The notes: generated by a model from the letters alone, not told the origin. Positions 7,819-18,591 are shown, counted from the stretch's first letter. The stretch is 48,247 nucleotides of DNA from Verrucomicrobiaceae bacterium (GCA_051252135.1 JBPOGH010000026.1:1-48247), one strand, 5' to 3'. Numbers and translations are program-made.

Positions 7819-8970
7819 ATGCTTCCCTTCACCTACGCCCTGCGCAATCTCTTTCGCGATCCCTCCCGCCTCGCCCAAACCGTCGGCGGCTCGGCCCTCG
7901 TCGTCCTTTTGCTCATCGCCGCCGTCGCCCTCAACCAGGGCATGGACAGCGTCCTCTCCGCTTCCGGCTCCCCCCAAAATGTCCTTCTCATCGGAAAAGG
8001 CTCGGAAGAATCCATCGAACGCTCGGAGGTCGGCATCAGCGCCGAGTCCGCCGCCGCCACCTCAATCTCCGGCATCGAATCCAGACTCGGCGTCCTCGCC
8101 GTCTCGGGAGAAATCACTTACCAGGCCCCCATCACCACCGCCTCCGGAGTTCAGGAACAAGCCCTCCTCCGCGGCGTTCTCGAAACATCCCTCCTCGTCC
8201 ACACCTCCGTCCGCTTGCTGGAAGGTCGTTTCCCTGGCCCCGGCGAAGCCATGATCGGTCACCTCGCCCATCGAAAACTCGGCGTCGAAAAGGACGATCT
8301 CGCCGTCGGAAAATCACTCCGGTTTGGCGATACCGAAGTCAAAATTTCAGGACGCTTCGCCGCCCCCGGCACCGTCCTCGAATCCGAAATCTGGTTCGAC
8401 CGCAATGACCTCGCCTCCCTCACCCAGCGCGACACCCTTTCTTCCATCACCCTGCGCCTTGCCGGCGATGGAGACATCGATGACGTCGAGCTCTTCGCCT
8501 TCCAACGAAACGATCTCGAACTCTCCGCCATTCGTGAAGATCACTACTACGACAAACTAAGCGTCTTCTACAAACCGATCAAAATCATGACCTGGGTCAC
8601 CGCCGCCCTCGTTGCTGCCGGCGCCGTCTTCGGAGGCCTCAACACCCTCTACGCCGCCTTCGCCGCACGCATCAAGGAAATGGCCACCCTCCAATCCATC
8701 GGCTTCACCCGACTCGCTCTCTTCGTCTCCCTCATTCAGGAATCCCTCCTCGCCACCCTCACCGGAACTCTCCTCGCCTTTCTCCTCGCCTACTTTCTCC
8801 TCGACGGGCGCACCGTCCCCTTTTCCATCGGCACCTTCACCCTCACCCTCACCCCCACTGTCATCCTCTCCGGTCTCGTGACCGGCATCCTCCTGGGAAC
8901 CATCGGCACCCTCCCCCCCGCCATTCGATGCCTCCTCCCCGGCCTTCCTAAAGCTCTCCGTTCCAGCTAA
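7819..8970 (+). CDS. ABC transporter permease (MacB/FtsX-type), subunit 2
   Basis: YALRNLFR TM1, LLEGRFP, ARIKEMATLQSIGF, C-terminal TMs. Confidence 0.95.
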   Translation: MLPFTYALRNLFRDPSRLAQTVGGSALVVLLLIAAVALNQGMDSVLSASGSPQNVLLIGKGSEESIERSEVGISAESAAATSISGIESRLGVLAVSGEITYQAPITTASGVQEQALLRGVLETSLLVHTSVRLLEGRFPGPGEAMIGHLAHRKLGVEKDDLAVGKSLRFGDTEVKISGRFAAPGTVLESEIWFDRNDLASLTQRDTLSSITLRLAGDGDIDDVELFAFQRNDLELSAIREDHYYDKLSVFYKPIKIMTWVTAALVAAGAVFGGLNTLYAAFAARIKEMATLQSIGFTRLALFVSLIQESLLATLTGTLLAFLLAYFLLDGRTVPFSIGTFTLTLTPTVILSGLVTGILLGTIGTLPPAIRCLLPGLPKALRSS

Positions 8971-8991
8971 AATTCAAACATCAAAAAACAA

Positions 8992-9528
8992 ATGAAAATA
9001 AAACACTACTCCATCCTCGCCCTCGCTTCCTTCCTCACTCTGGCTTCATGCTCGGAGGAAAAGGATGCTTCCAACACGCCATCGTCAAATGAAGACGGCT
9101 CCCTCTCTTCCCTCGTCCTCAAGGATGAGCCCAAGGAAGCCACTGACATCGCAAGCCTGCGCAAGTCCGCCAAACCCGGGGACAAGGTCACCTTCTCGGG
9201 CGACATCCTCGGCAGCATGGATGTCTTCATGGACAACCGCGCCGTCATGATCCTCGGTGACCCTAAAAAACTCACCGCATGCAATCTCATCCCCGGCGAC
9301 GAATGCCCCACCCCTTGGGATGTCTGCTGTGACGATCCCGATGTCATCACCGCCTCCATCGTCACCGTGCAAGCAGTCGATGACGCCGGAAAACCCCTCA
9401 AGGAAGGCTTCAAAGGAGTCGCCGGCATCAAGGAGCTCAGCTCGCTCGTCGTCACCGGCGAGGTCGCCCAAGGCTCGACCGACACCAACATGTTGGTCAA
9501 CGCCACCGGCATCTTCGTGAAAAACTAA
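8992..9528 (+). CDS. Lipoprotein with a C-x6-CPTPWDVCC cysteine cluster, unknown function
   Basis: Lipobox LTLASC; TACNLIPGDECPTPWDVCCDD; beta-rich remainder. Confidence 0.88.
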   Translation: MKIKHYSILALASFLTLASCSEEKDASNTPSSNEDGSLSSLVLKDEPKEATDIASLRKSAKPGDKVTFSGDILGSMDVFMDNRAVMILGDPKKLTACNLIPGDECPTPWDVCCDDPDVITASIVTVQAVDDAGKPLKEGFKGVAGIKELSSLVVTGEVAQGSTDTNMLVNATGIFVKN

Positions 9529-9541
9529 TTTCATCTGATCC

Positions 9542-10876
9542 ATGTTTCCAAAAGTTCTCGCCCTCACCGCGACCGCCGCTCTGCTCATCACCGGATGCAC
9601 CTCTCAGGCACCCTCTTCGGAGGAAGCCTTGGCAGCCACCCCGGCCATGCGGCAGGCCTCCGTCCCGTGGTGGCGGGAACTGGGAGACTCGTCCTTAAAC
9701 AACGACATCGACTCCGCCTTCGCAAACAACCCCGACCTGCGCAGCGTCGCCCTCCGCATCGATCAGGCCGAAGCCGCCGTCGCCAACGCCCGCGCCGCCA
9801 TGCTACCCACCCTCAACCTCGGCTTCGGCTACGGGGAAGGCCGAAAGCGGGAGGTCGACTTCGGCCCCTACTCGCTCGCCCCTTGGGAGACCGGCGCAAA
9901 CCTCTCCTGGGAGATCGACATCACCGGAAAACTCCGGGCCGCCACACGGGCCACCGTCGCCGGCACCCGCGCCGCCATCTGGGACTACCAATCAGCCAGA
10001 CTCCTGCTCTCCAGCCGGATCGCCGCCACCCGCCTGAACCTCTACCGCTTCAATGCCGAAATCGCCTCCCTCAACGAATCCCTGAAAGCGAGTCAAGACA
10101 CCCTCTCCACTCTCACCGAACGAAACACCGCCGGACTCATCGCCACCTCCGCCGTCTCCAATCAACGGGCCGAAAACGAAAAACTCAAACGTCTCCAGCT
10201 CGACCTCACCCGCCTCCGCGATCTCACTCTCGTCCAACTCCGCACCCTCCGCGGCGGCAGCCAACCCTCAAACTCCTCCCGCGCCACCTTCCCTTCCTTC
10301 GCCTCCACGTCTGGCAAACCGCTCAATCAAATCCTCGCCCTCCACCCCACCCTTCTCGCCGCCGAGGCCAAGGTCCGGGCCGCATTTGAGTTGGAGAATT
10401 CCGCCCGCCTCAACCTCCTCCCCTCCTTCAAGTTCGACGCTCTCGCCTCAGGAAGATCCACCTCCCTCACCAACCGCTACCGCACCTGGATCACCTCCGT
10501 CGGCCCTTCCCTCGATATCCCCGTCTACGATCCCGCCCGCCTCGCCGCCCTCAAATCCCGCAAGGCCCAAAGTGCATCCGCGGCAGCCCAATACCGCTCC
10601 ACCGTCCTCAGGATCCTCGAAGAAATCGACACCGCACGCATCAATCTCCAAAGCCACCGCGCACAACTCACCACCGTCCAACGTGAAGTCCGCGAAATCA
10701 AAACCACCCGCGACTACGCCCGTGAACAATTCGACGCCGGACTCACTTCCCAAATCGAATACCTCGACGCCGAACGCCGCTGGCTCGAAGCAAAACGCAG
10801 CGCCATCACCCTTCAACAGGCCGTCCTAAACTCCCGCGTAAATCTCATCAAAGCCACCGGAGGAGCCGTTTTTTAA
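9542..10876 (+). CDS. TolC/NodT-family outer-membrane efflux lipoprotein
   Basis: Lipobox LITGC; WWRELGDSSLN..AFANNPDL, SWEIDITGK, AGLTSQIEYLDAER, LIKATGG. Confidence 0.95.
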   Translation: MFPKVLALTATAALLITGCTSQAPSSEEALAATPAMRQASVPWWRELGDSSLNNDIDSAFANNPDLRSVALRIDQAEAAVANARAAMLPTLNLGFGYGEGRKREVDFGPYSLAPWETGANLSWEIDITGKLRAATRATVAGTRAAIWDYQSARLLLSSRIAATRLNLYRFNAEIASLNESLKASQDTLSTLTERNTAGLIATSAVSNQRAENEKLKRLQLDLTRLRDLTLVQLRTLRGGSQPSNSSRATFPSFASTSGKPLNQILALHPTLLAAEAKVRAAFELENSARLNLLPSFKFDALASGRSTSLTNRYRTWITSVGPSLDIPVYDPARLAALKSRKAQSASAAAQYRSTVLRILEEIDTARINLQSHRAQLTTVQREVREIKTTRDYAREQFDAGLTSQIEYLDAERRWLEAKRSAITLQQAVLNSRVNLIKATGGAVF

Positions 10877-10881
10877 GAAAA

Positions 10882-12024
10882 CTATCGTACTTCCCCCGGC
10901 CCAAAGTCGAACCCGACCTGGAACCACACGCTGTCTTCATCCACCCCGCCATCCAGCTCATCGTGGTTCCACTGCACCCGCCCATATCCGCTCCAGGAAT
11001 CATCAAGATCAAATGACCGGGTCACCGCAAGGCTGAGACGCTTCCGCTCCTCCACCTCAAACCCATACTCGATCATCCCCATATCGAGCAGCGGCCCCTC
11101 ACTCGCCCCCTCGACATATCCGTAGCGCAAATCAGTCCGCCACTCGGAGTTCCACGCATACCCCGCGCGCAACATCAGCGAGCTCTGGTCCGTGATCCCC
11201 GTAATCGTCGCGTCATCCTCATGCACCCACTCGGTCCGGCGCATCAGCCCCTCCACCGCCAGGATCACCTCGCGCCCCCCGCTCTCAAATCCATTCTCCC
11301 GCCACCGATACGTGTAATCACCCGAGACAAGCTCCGTCCCCCTCCCGAATCCGTTCCCCCCTTGCCCAAAATTCACCCCCACCCGGTGCTGGTGGAAATC
11401 ATTGGGCCGATAGTCAAAGAACGCCCGCGCCGTCACCACCCCACCCTCAAAATACGCCATCTCCGCCGACGCCCCATGCGCATGCTCTCCCCCATGCGCC
11501 TCGTGCGCCACCGCCTCACCTCCCGCCAGCGAAAACCCCGCCCGCGTCACATCGCCTTCCCAAAACCAACTCAACTCCACCCCGTCGCTAAACAGCCCCT
11601 CTTCCCCCAAAAAATTCCCCACGCTCAAATTCCCGTCCACAAAATCCCACCCGTGCAGGTGCACGTTGTTCTGCAGCCCGAACCGGTTCAAAAACCGCCC
11701 CCCGCGCACTTCCATCTCCATTGGCAAATCAACCAGCTTCACAAAAGCCTCCTCCCCCTCCGCATCAAAATCCCCCAAGCCGTCCGTAAACACCAACCCG
11801 TTCGCAAACAGCTCCACCCGCTCGTGGCGCACACTCACTCCCAGCTCCAACCCCTGCAGCCCCAACGCCTCCCGCGCCGGATCATGCGCATGCGATGCCA
11901 ACTCATCGGCATGCCCGCTCGTCCCTCCGCCAATGATTCGAAGATGACCCGACAAATCAACCTCCCAATCCTGTCCCATTCCCACCAGGGGCATCATCGT
12001 TAATGCAATTATGTTGCGTTTCAC
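10882..12024 (-). CDS. His-rich outer-membrane beta-barrel, probably metal (zinc?) uptake
   Basis: Signal peptide; SHAHDP, GRFLNRFGLQNNVHLHGWDFVD, AHEAHGGEHAHG; amphipathic terminal strands (WFQVGFDF); GTG start. Metal specificity is inference. Confidence 0.8.
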   Translation of the reverse strand: MKRNIIALTMMPLVGMGQDWEVDLSGHLRIIGGGTSGHADELASHAHDPAREALGLQGLELGVSVRHERVELFANGLVFTDGLGDFDAEGEEAFVKLVDLPMEMEVRGGRFLNRFGLQNNVHLHGWDFVDGNLSVGNFLGEEGLFSDGVELSWFWEGDVTRAGFSLAGGEAVAHEAHGGEHAHGASAEMAYFEGGVVTARAFFDYRPNDFHQHRVGVNFGQGGNGFGRGTELVSGDYTYRWRENGFESGGREVILAVEGLMRRTEWVHEDDATITGITDQSSLMLRAGYAWNSEWRTDLRYGYVEGASEGPLLDMGMIEYGFEVEERKRLSLAVTRSFDLDDSWSGYGRVQWNHDELDGGVDEDSVWFQVGFDFGPGEVR

Positions 12025-12046
12025 AAACGCAATTAATTTGCATTAA
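12000..12046 (-). promoter_or_regulatory. Twin 7-5-7 palindromic operator candidates flanking the GTG start
   Basis: TTAATGCAA-ttatg-TTGCGTTT-CAC-AAACGCAA-ttaat-TTGCATTAA; CAC (12022-12024) is the start codon on the minus strand. Confidence 0.6.
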
Positions 12047-12084
12047 CCTCATTTTGCAAGAGTAACTTTCCAAAAAGTCCCCTC

Positions 12085-15000
12085 CTATTCCCGCCGCACC
12101 CGAAACCGGTAAAACCCCTTCCCCTCTCCCGCCCCCGGCACATACCGCAGCTCCCGCCGTCCATCCGGAAGCTCCGCATAAGTCAATTCCTCCACCGTTT
12201 CCCAACTCCCCAAATCAACACTCCTCTCCAGAAACACCGACACATCATCCGCCAGCACATTCAGCACCGCCGATAAACTCCCGTCCCCCTGCGGCACCCC
12301 GATCACCGGCAGCGCATACGCAATCAAATCCCCTCCCCTGAAGGCGACCGCATCACTCCCCCCCGGAGTCCCGCCACTCAACGCACTCGCCCGCCAATTC
12401 ACCCCCTCGCCCAATCCCGGGAAACTCCCCGACTGCCGCAGCACCAGACTCGGACCATCCCCATCCGCCAGTTCCGACCACCCTCCGTCATCAAAATACT
12501 CAAATTCAAAAATCACCGCATTCTCATGATCACGAAGCCGGATCAACTCCCCTCCGTTATCCAGTTTCTCCCCCGCCGGCCACTCCGCCAAAATCGGCAA
12601 CCCCGTCCCGTAACGCATCTCAAAGGCCGCCCGGTTCGCCACCACCAACCCGTATCCCCCCGCCTCCAGCGTTCCCGATAACGCCACATTCACCCCTTTC
12701 GAAAACCGAAACCCGTCCAGCAACAGCGCACCTTCGGAAATATTTCGTACTTCGATGAACTCAAAATAATCATCGTCATCAAATCCCGCCGCCAATTCCG
12801 CCGCACCGGGATCAGCCGGATGATACATCACTTCCGTCACCACCAGCGTCTCCGCCGGCACCTGCACCCGAAAGGTCTCATCCTCCAGCGCCGACCACTC
12901 TCCCCCGCTCAACACCCGCGTCCGCACCCGCGCATCCCCTCCCAAAAGCAGCCCGTCATCCACCACGATCAACCCCAAATCAAATCCCACATCCGACGAA
13001 CTGTCCGACCGCTGATGCAACTCCACCGCAATCACATTCTCCCCCGCCACCAACAGGTCCGGCGACACCTCCCGCGTGAACACCGCGCTCTCGTCACCAT
13101 TCTCCAGGGTCACCGTCCCTCCCGTGATCGGACCCTGCGGCAAGTTCGACCGGTCAATCTCCACCCCGTTCAAATAAACCACCAACCCGTCATCCCGCAC
13201 ATAACGCAGCAACAACGCTCCCACCGCGCCCGGATCCGCCACCACAAAACGATGCCTGAAATACGAGGTGATCGGCTTGCTGAAAATGTCGCCCCCAAAC
13301 GATATCTCCGTATTGAAATCAATCCCATCCACGGTTCCATAACCCAGCGGCGCATTCCCCCGATCCCATCCCGAATCATCGTAACCCGCTACCACCCAAT
13401 TCGTCCCCGAGAGGTCCACATCCTCATCTAGATACGCCCACTCCGCATCCTGCGCAAAGAGCGCCTCCCCCAACTGCGTCGCATCATAGACCAACGCCCC
13501 CCCGTTCACCGCCCCTCCTTCTTCCCGCGGATCACTCCCATCCAAGGTGTAATAAATCACGCCCTCCCTCGCACTCAGATTCAGCTTCCCCGAATCAACC
13601 GATGCCACCGGCGGCTCGGTATCCGGATACAGATTGTCCGCCTTCATGTGCGCAAACGAGATCGCCGGACGCTGCACCAAATAAGTGTCGTTGATGTTCG
13701 CCACCTCCGTCAGCCAATGATCCTCCCGATTGTACCGCAGCCCCGGATCACTCACGTCATCAATAAACAAATCCCCCCAGCGCGCCGACTGCCCCAGGAT
13801 CGCCTGATCCACCGATGCCGCCAGCGCCTCATGCCGCGCCCGCGCCACTCCCGTCGTCAGCACCCCGTCCTCATCCCGCAGATGCTTGTGAATCCGGTCC
13901 GCAAACATCAGCCGATACTCCTCACTCCCCGCCCGCAAATCGTCATGCAACTCCAGCGGAGTCGTCGTCTTGTCCCGCCCATCTGTCGTCGAGTTCCGCG
14001 TCAGGCTGATAAAGGTCTCCTCCCCATCCCAGCAGAGAAACCGAAACCGATTGTCATCCCCACCCTCACGCCGACGAAATCCATACACGTTGTTCCGCAC
14101 CCAGTCCTGATTCCCCACATAGAAATTCACCATCATGTAATCGATCAGATTCTCCACATCCAACCGCTCCCAAATCGCCGCCCAATCATCCGCCGGCGTC
14201 CCTCCTGTCAACCCCCGCAGCTCCTCCCAACCGTCAATCTCCCCATGCGTGACCTGCGTCTCCAGTCCGTTCGCCCACTTCAACACATCATAATCCTCTT
14301 CCTTCCCCCCAAAATGGTTCGCCCCATAGTTCTCCCCCGGACGCTCCACCGGATTGTAGAGCCCCCAATAAAGACCGTTGAGATAGAGATGGGCAAAGGT
14401 GCCCCCGATCGACGGATTCCCCATCTCCCGCTGGCAGTCCCGGTAAAATTGATCCCGCAAATAAGTCACCCGAGTCAACGAGTTCCCGCTCCCCGTCCGA
14501 GCCCGCCACGGACTCGCCCATGTCCGCCCCGTCCCTCCCCGCAACACCAAATGATCCACCCCACCCTTCGGAAAGTTCGGGAACAATTCCTCCTCAAACT
14601 TCGAGTCCCCGTAGTCCGATCGAAAATACAAACGAAACGACTTCCGCAACATCTCCCGCACCCGACCCCGACCCCCGTGAATCCGAATCCCGCAGTTGTA
14701 ATGCGCATGTTTCACCCCACCCGGATAGAGCACCTCCATCGACGCCTCCTTCTCCCAGTCCCGCCCCCGCCGGTCCGCATTCGCATGAAGCCCTGACTCC
14801 AGTCCCCACATCTCTTCGTTCGGTAAGGTCAGTGAGATCGTCGGCACCTGCTGCAGCGCCGCCACCATGTCACCCGCGATGTTCGGATCCATTTCATAAT
14901 CCGACGGCCTCGGAATCGGAGCCAACGCCCCGCTCGCCCCCACCGGTTGCCAGTCCACCGGAAACCCCGCTGGAAACTCCGGCTGATCCACCACGTCCGC

Positions 15001-16290
15001 CAGATAAAGATACGTGTGCGCCTCCATCGGCGAGTCCACATACCCCGCCCGCAATTCCTTCGCACGCAACACCGTCGTCGTCGACACCCCAATCGGCCCC
15101 GCATAGGGCACCGACGGCTCACTCCCGTCCAACGAATAAACCACTGTCGTCCCCACCGACCTCGCCCCCAAACTCACACTCACCGGCCCATCATAAAACC
15201 CACGCTCAACCGAAAACGTCACCCCCTCCAAAAAACCCTCCGTCGTCGCCGACAAATTATAATCCCCTGGCGTCTCGCTCAGGAAATAGTGCAACGCCCC
15301 ATCCAAACCCTCCCCATAAGTTCCCCCCGCATACTGTCGCGGATACGTCAGCCGGGAGACAACCACCCCCGCGGGATTCACCAGGGCCACAAAGGAACCC
15401 TCCTCACGCGCCAACCCAACCGGATCCTCGACCAACAAAAAATCTCCCGACCCCAGTTCCTGCCCCGCGGAAAAACGATGCTTGTCCGGTCTCGCCAAAT
15501 CATCCGTCAACGCCCACCCCGTCAAATCCAGCACCTCATTCCCCGGATTCCATATCTCCACCCAATCATCCGGCGTCGCCCGAATCTCGGTAATCTTCGG
15601 CAGCACCGCCACCCCGTCCACCGCCACCGCCGCCACCTCTCTCACCGTCGCACACGCATTCTCCGCCGCTAGGATAAATGTCGTACTTACCAACGGACTC
15701 ACCGTTATCGACCCATTCGCCGACACCATCCCAATTCCGTAAATCGACACCTCGTCCGCTCCCGTCACCGACCAACTCAATTCATTCCCCGATGCCCTGA
15801 AAAAATCCACCACCGGCGGATCCCCTCCCGGCGTAAACACCCGCACCTCCGCCAAATGCACAATTCCGCTCTCCCCTTCCTCAAACCCCACCCGCAACCG
15901 GCTCGCCATCACCGGCACCGCCAGCTCCACCGTAAAGGTCGTCAACGGCCCCCCATCCTCCACCACCACTTCATGAACCACCACCTCCGCATCGTTGAAC
16001 AATCTCAAAGTCGCGTTGCTCAACCGACCGCTACAGCAATTCCGCGTCACCACTTCCACCCGCGAAATCTCCTTCTCCTCTGTAAAATCCAAAAGCCACG
16101 CCGCCCCCGGCTCCCCCGATGACGTATGGTTAAACGTCTCCAGATCCCCATCGATCGCATGCTCCGCCGGATACAGCCCACTCCCATGACTGTGCGTCTG
16201 CGATGCCACCCCCTGAACCGTGATATCCAGCTCCAAATTGGCAAAAGCAATTGATGCAAAAAGAGTTAACGCGAAAAAAAATCGAATCAT
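12085..16290 (-). CDS. Large secreted protein: F5/8 (F-type lectin-like) domain, lamin-tail domains, Fn3-associated/chitobiase-type domain, CotH kinase-like domain
   Basis: HAIDGD..FNHT..RNCCSGRL; DWVEIWNPGNEVLDLTGWALTD; YSLDGSEP; KSFRLYFR, HLYLNGLYWGLYNPVER, NQDWVRNN, WDGE; VTEVMYHP..EFIEVRN. Confidence 0.92.
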   Translation of the reverse strand: MIRFFFALTLFASIAFANLELDITVQGVASQTHSHGSGLYPAEHAIDGDLETFNHTSSGEPGAAWLLDFTEEKEISRVEVVTRNCCSGRLSNATLRLFNDAEVVVHEVVVEDGGPLTTFTVELAVPVMASRLRVGFEEGESGIVHLAEVRVFTPGGDPPVVDFFRASGNELSWSVTGADEVSIYGIGMVSANGSITVSPLVSTTFILAAENACATVREVAAVAVDGVAVLPKITEIRATPDDWVEIWNPGNEVLDLTGWALTDDLARPDKHRFSAGQELGSGDFLLVEDPVGLAREEGSFVALVNPAGVVVSRLTYPRQYAGGTYGEGLDGALHYFLSETPGDYNLSATTEGFLEGVTFSVERGFYDGPVSVSLGARSVGTTVVYSLDGSEPSVPYAGPIGVSTTTVLRAKELRAGYVDSPMEAHTYLYLADVVDQPEFPAGFPVDWQPVGASGALAPIPRPSDYEMDPNIAGDMVAALQQVPTISLTLPNEEMWGLESGLHANADRRGRDWEKEASMEVLYPGGVKHAHYNCGIRIHGGRGRVREMLRKSFRLYFRSDYGDSKFEEELFPNFPKGGVDHLVLRGGTGRTWASPWRARTGSGNSLTRVTYLRDQFYRDCQREMGNPSIGGTFAHLYLNGLYWGLYNPVERPGENYGANHFGGKEEDYDVLKWANGLETQVTHGEIDGWEELRGLTGGTPADDWAAIWERLDVENLIDYMMVNFYVGNQDWVRNNVYGFRRREGGDDNRFRFLCWDGEETFISLTRNSTTDGRDKTTTPLELHDDLRAGSEEYRLMFADRIHKHLRDEDGVLTTGVARARHEALAASVDQAILGQSARWGDLFIDDVSDPGLRYNREDHWLTEVANINDTYLVQRPAISFAHMKADNLYPDTEPPVASVDSGKLNLSAREGVIYYTLDGSDPREEGGAVNGGALVYDATQLGEALFAQDAEWAYLDEDVDLSGTNWVVAGYDDSGWDRGNAPLGYGTVDGIDFNTEISFGGDIFSKPITSYFRHRFVVADPGAVGALLLRYVRDDGLVVYLNGVEIDRSNLPQGPITGGTVTLENGDESAVFTREVSPDLLVAGENVIAVELHQRSDSSSDVGFDLGLIVVDDGLLLGGDARVRTRVLSGGEWSALEDETFRVQVPAETLVVTEVMYHPADPGAAELAAGFDDDDYFEFIEVRNISEGALLLDGFRFSKGVNVALSGTLEAGGYGLVVANRAAFEMRYGTGLPILAEWPAGEKLDNGGELIRLRDHENAVIFEFEYFDDGGWSELADGDGPSLVLRQSGSFPGLGEGVNWRASALSGGTPGGSDAVAFRGGDLIAYALPVIGVPQGDGSLSAVLNVLADDVSVFLERSVDLGSWETVEELTYAELPDGRRELRYVPGAGEGKGFYRFRVRRE

Positions 16291-16417
16291 ATGAGCTTAC
16301 GTTTTATCAAGAGAGTGCTTGCCATACCCCATCGCTTTCGAATAGTTGTAATACAAGCTAATGGCGAATTCGAGCAGAGAATTCAGCCTACCTCATTCTC
16401 ATTCCATTGATCAAATC

Positions 16418-18559
16418 ATGAAAATTCCACACCTAAAACCAGCTCTCCTCGCAGCGCTTGGCTTGGTTTCCGCTCTTCCTGCGGCCGCCGGTCTGATCGC
16501 CTACTACCCCCTCGATGACACCGAGGGAAACGCCGCCACCGCCACCTTCGGCATCAGCGCCCCCTGGGCCAACCCCGGGAACAACCTCATCTGGGATCCC
16601 GCCGGAAAAATCGGCGGCGCTGCTGACCTCGGCGGCCCCGGCGGAAATAACAACTACTTCTCCGTCGACCTCCGCGGTCTCCTCAATTCCGACCAAATGA
16701 CCGTCGCCCTCTGGATCAATCCCGATGGCAAAAGCGGCAACTACGAAGGTGTCTTCATGACCCGCCCCGCCAACCCCGGCCCCATCGAAAACAGCCTCCC
16801 CTCCGAATCCGGAAACTACGGCATCGCCTGGGATGCCAACCAAATCGACACCCGGGTCGATGGCGCAGCCCTCGACACCGCCGCCGACACCGTCGTCGCC
16901 GATGACGCCTCCGCCACCAGCGACGCCGAAGGCTGGTACCACATCATGTGGGTCTGGGACGGCGTCGCCGGAACCCAAACCACCTACATCAACGGAGTCG
17001 AAGCAGGCTCCACCAGCGCCGCCATCCAAACTCTCGCCGGCGGCGTCTGGCACCTCGGAAATGATTCCTGCTGCAACGGCCGTGACTTCAACGGCCAATT
17101 CGACGATCTCGGAGTCTGGGACGAAGCCCTCACCGCTCAGGATGCCTCAGACCTCTTCAGCCTCACCAAGTCTCCAGCCGATATCAACCCGCCTCTGGAC
17201 CCTGATAACGACGGCCTTCCCACTTCCTACGAAGAACAATACCCCGGATTCCTTGATCCAAACGTCGCCGACGCCGATCAGGATGTCGATACCGCCGATG
17301 GCGAACCGGGCGACCCCGTCCCCGATGGACTCACCAATGCCGAGGAATTCACCGCCGGAACCGATCCTACCGACGCCGACACCGATGACGACGGCATCCT
17401 CGATGGCGAAGAACTCCAGGCCGGTGCTGACACCTTCATCACCAACCCGCTCCTCGCTGACTCCGATGGCGACGGCCTCCTCGATGGCGAGGAAACCTCC
17501 CTCGACAACGGCTTCGTCACCGACCCCAATAAGATCGACACCGACGACGACACCTACTCCGACAAAGTGGAGATCGATAACGGCACCGATCCTACCGATG
17601 CTAACGATCCTCCCGCAGGCCCCAATCCACAGATCGGACTCATCGCCCTCTACAGACTCGACGAGACCGAAGGAACCACCGCCAAGGACTCAGCCACCGC
17701 TGACGGGGACCAAACGGGAACCCAGGATGCCGGCACCGTCGCCTGGAGCCCCGAAGGCATCATCGGAGGTGCCGTTGACCTCGATGGAAGCTCCTACTTC
17801 CGCGTCACCGACCCCATCCCCACCGATGCCACCGGCTTCACCATCTCCGCCTGGATCAAGCCCACCTCCCAGGGAAGCTACCGCGGCGTCTTCGCTACGC
17901 GGGACCTCAGCGGACCTCCAAACTTGAACTGGGGACTCAATGTCGAGGGCAGCATTCAAGGAGACCTGCGCTTCGCAAATGCCAATTCCTCTCAAGGTCT
18001 CGACACCCCCGGTGTCGTCGCCGATGCCTGGAACCTACTCACCATGACCTGGAGCTCTGATGGCTCTGCTGTCATCGGAAAATCCTACCTTAACGGCGCC
18101 TACGTCGGACAAGTCACCGAGGCCAACGGAACCCTTGCCCAGTATGCCAGCCCCGGCTTCTACCTCCTCGGTGCCGAGCCCAACCCAAACCGCGCCTTCA
18201 TCGGCCTCATCGATGAAGTCAGCGTCTGGGAAGTCGCCCTCAGCGATTCCGATATCTCCAATATCTACCGTAACGGACTTGCTGGCATCGGACTCGAAGG
18301 AAACCGCGCCCAGCCATTCCAAATCACCAACGTCGTCCGCGAAGACAACGGCGATATCTCCCTGACCTGGAATTCCGAGCCCGGCGCAACCTACACCGTC
18401 CTCTTCTTCAACGACCTCGAGACCCCCACCGCGGACTGGCCCGATGTTGAAGACGGCGTCATCAGCCAAGGAAACTCCACCACCGTGACCGTTCCTGCCG
18501 CGAGCCTCGGAGGCGAGCCCAAGATCTTCTTCGCCGTGCGCAAGAACCAGAATGGCTAG
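16418..18559 (+). CDS. Secreted protein with two LamG-like jellyroll domains separated by Ca-binding DxDxDG repeats
   Basis: [82 protein letters not shown]. Start chosen at the signal peptide (ORF opens at 16361). Confidence 0.92.
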   Translation: MKIPHLKPALLAALGLVSALPAAAGLIAYYPLDDTEGNAATATFGISAPWANPGNNLIWDPAGKIGGAADLGGPGGNNNYFSVDLRGLLNSDQMTVALWINPDGKSGNYEGVFMTRPANPGPIENSLPSESGNYGIAWDANQIDTRVDGAALDTAADTVVADDASATSDAEGWYHIMWVWDGVAGTQTTYINGVEAGSTSAAIQTLAGGVWHLGNDSCCNGRDFNGQFDDLGVWDEALTAQDASDLFSLTKSPADINPPLDPDNDGLPTSYEEQYPGFLDPNVADADQDVDTADGEPGDPVPDGLTNAEEFTAGTDPTDADTDDDGILDGEELQAGADTFITNPLLADSDGDGLLDGEETSLDNGFVTDPNKIDTDDDTYSDKVEIDNGTDPTDANDPPAGPNPQIGLIALYRLDETEGTTAKDSATADGDQTGTQDAGTVAWSPEGIIGGAVDLDGSSYFRVTDPIPTDATGFTISAWIKPTSQGSYRGVFATRDLSGPPNLNWGLNVEGSIQGDLRFANANSSQGLDTPGVVADAWNLLTMTWSSDGSAVIGKSYLNGAYVGQVTEANGTLAQYASPGFYLLGAEPNPNRAFIGLIDEVSVWEVALSDSDISNIYRNGLAGIGLEGNRAQPFQITNVVREDNGDISLTWNSEPGATYTVLFFNDLETPTADWPDVEDGVISQGNSTTVTVPAASLGGEPKIFFAVRKNQNG

Positions 18560-18591
18560 TCCTCCCACCGCCATCTGATCGTTGAAATCTC

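Noticed and set aside
2164..12024. Diversity-generating retroelement (template/variable repeat pair)
   Set aside because: Differences between barrel copies are not confined to adenines and look largely synonymous or conservative; no RT gene is nearby.
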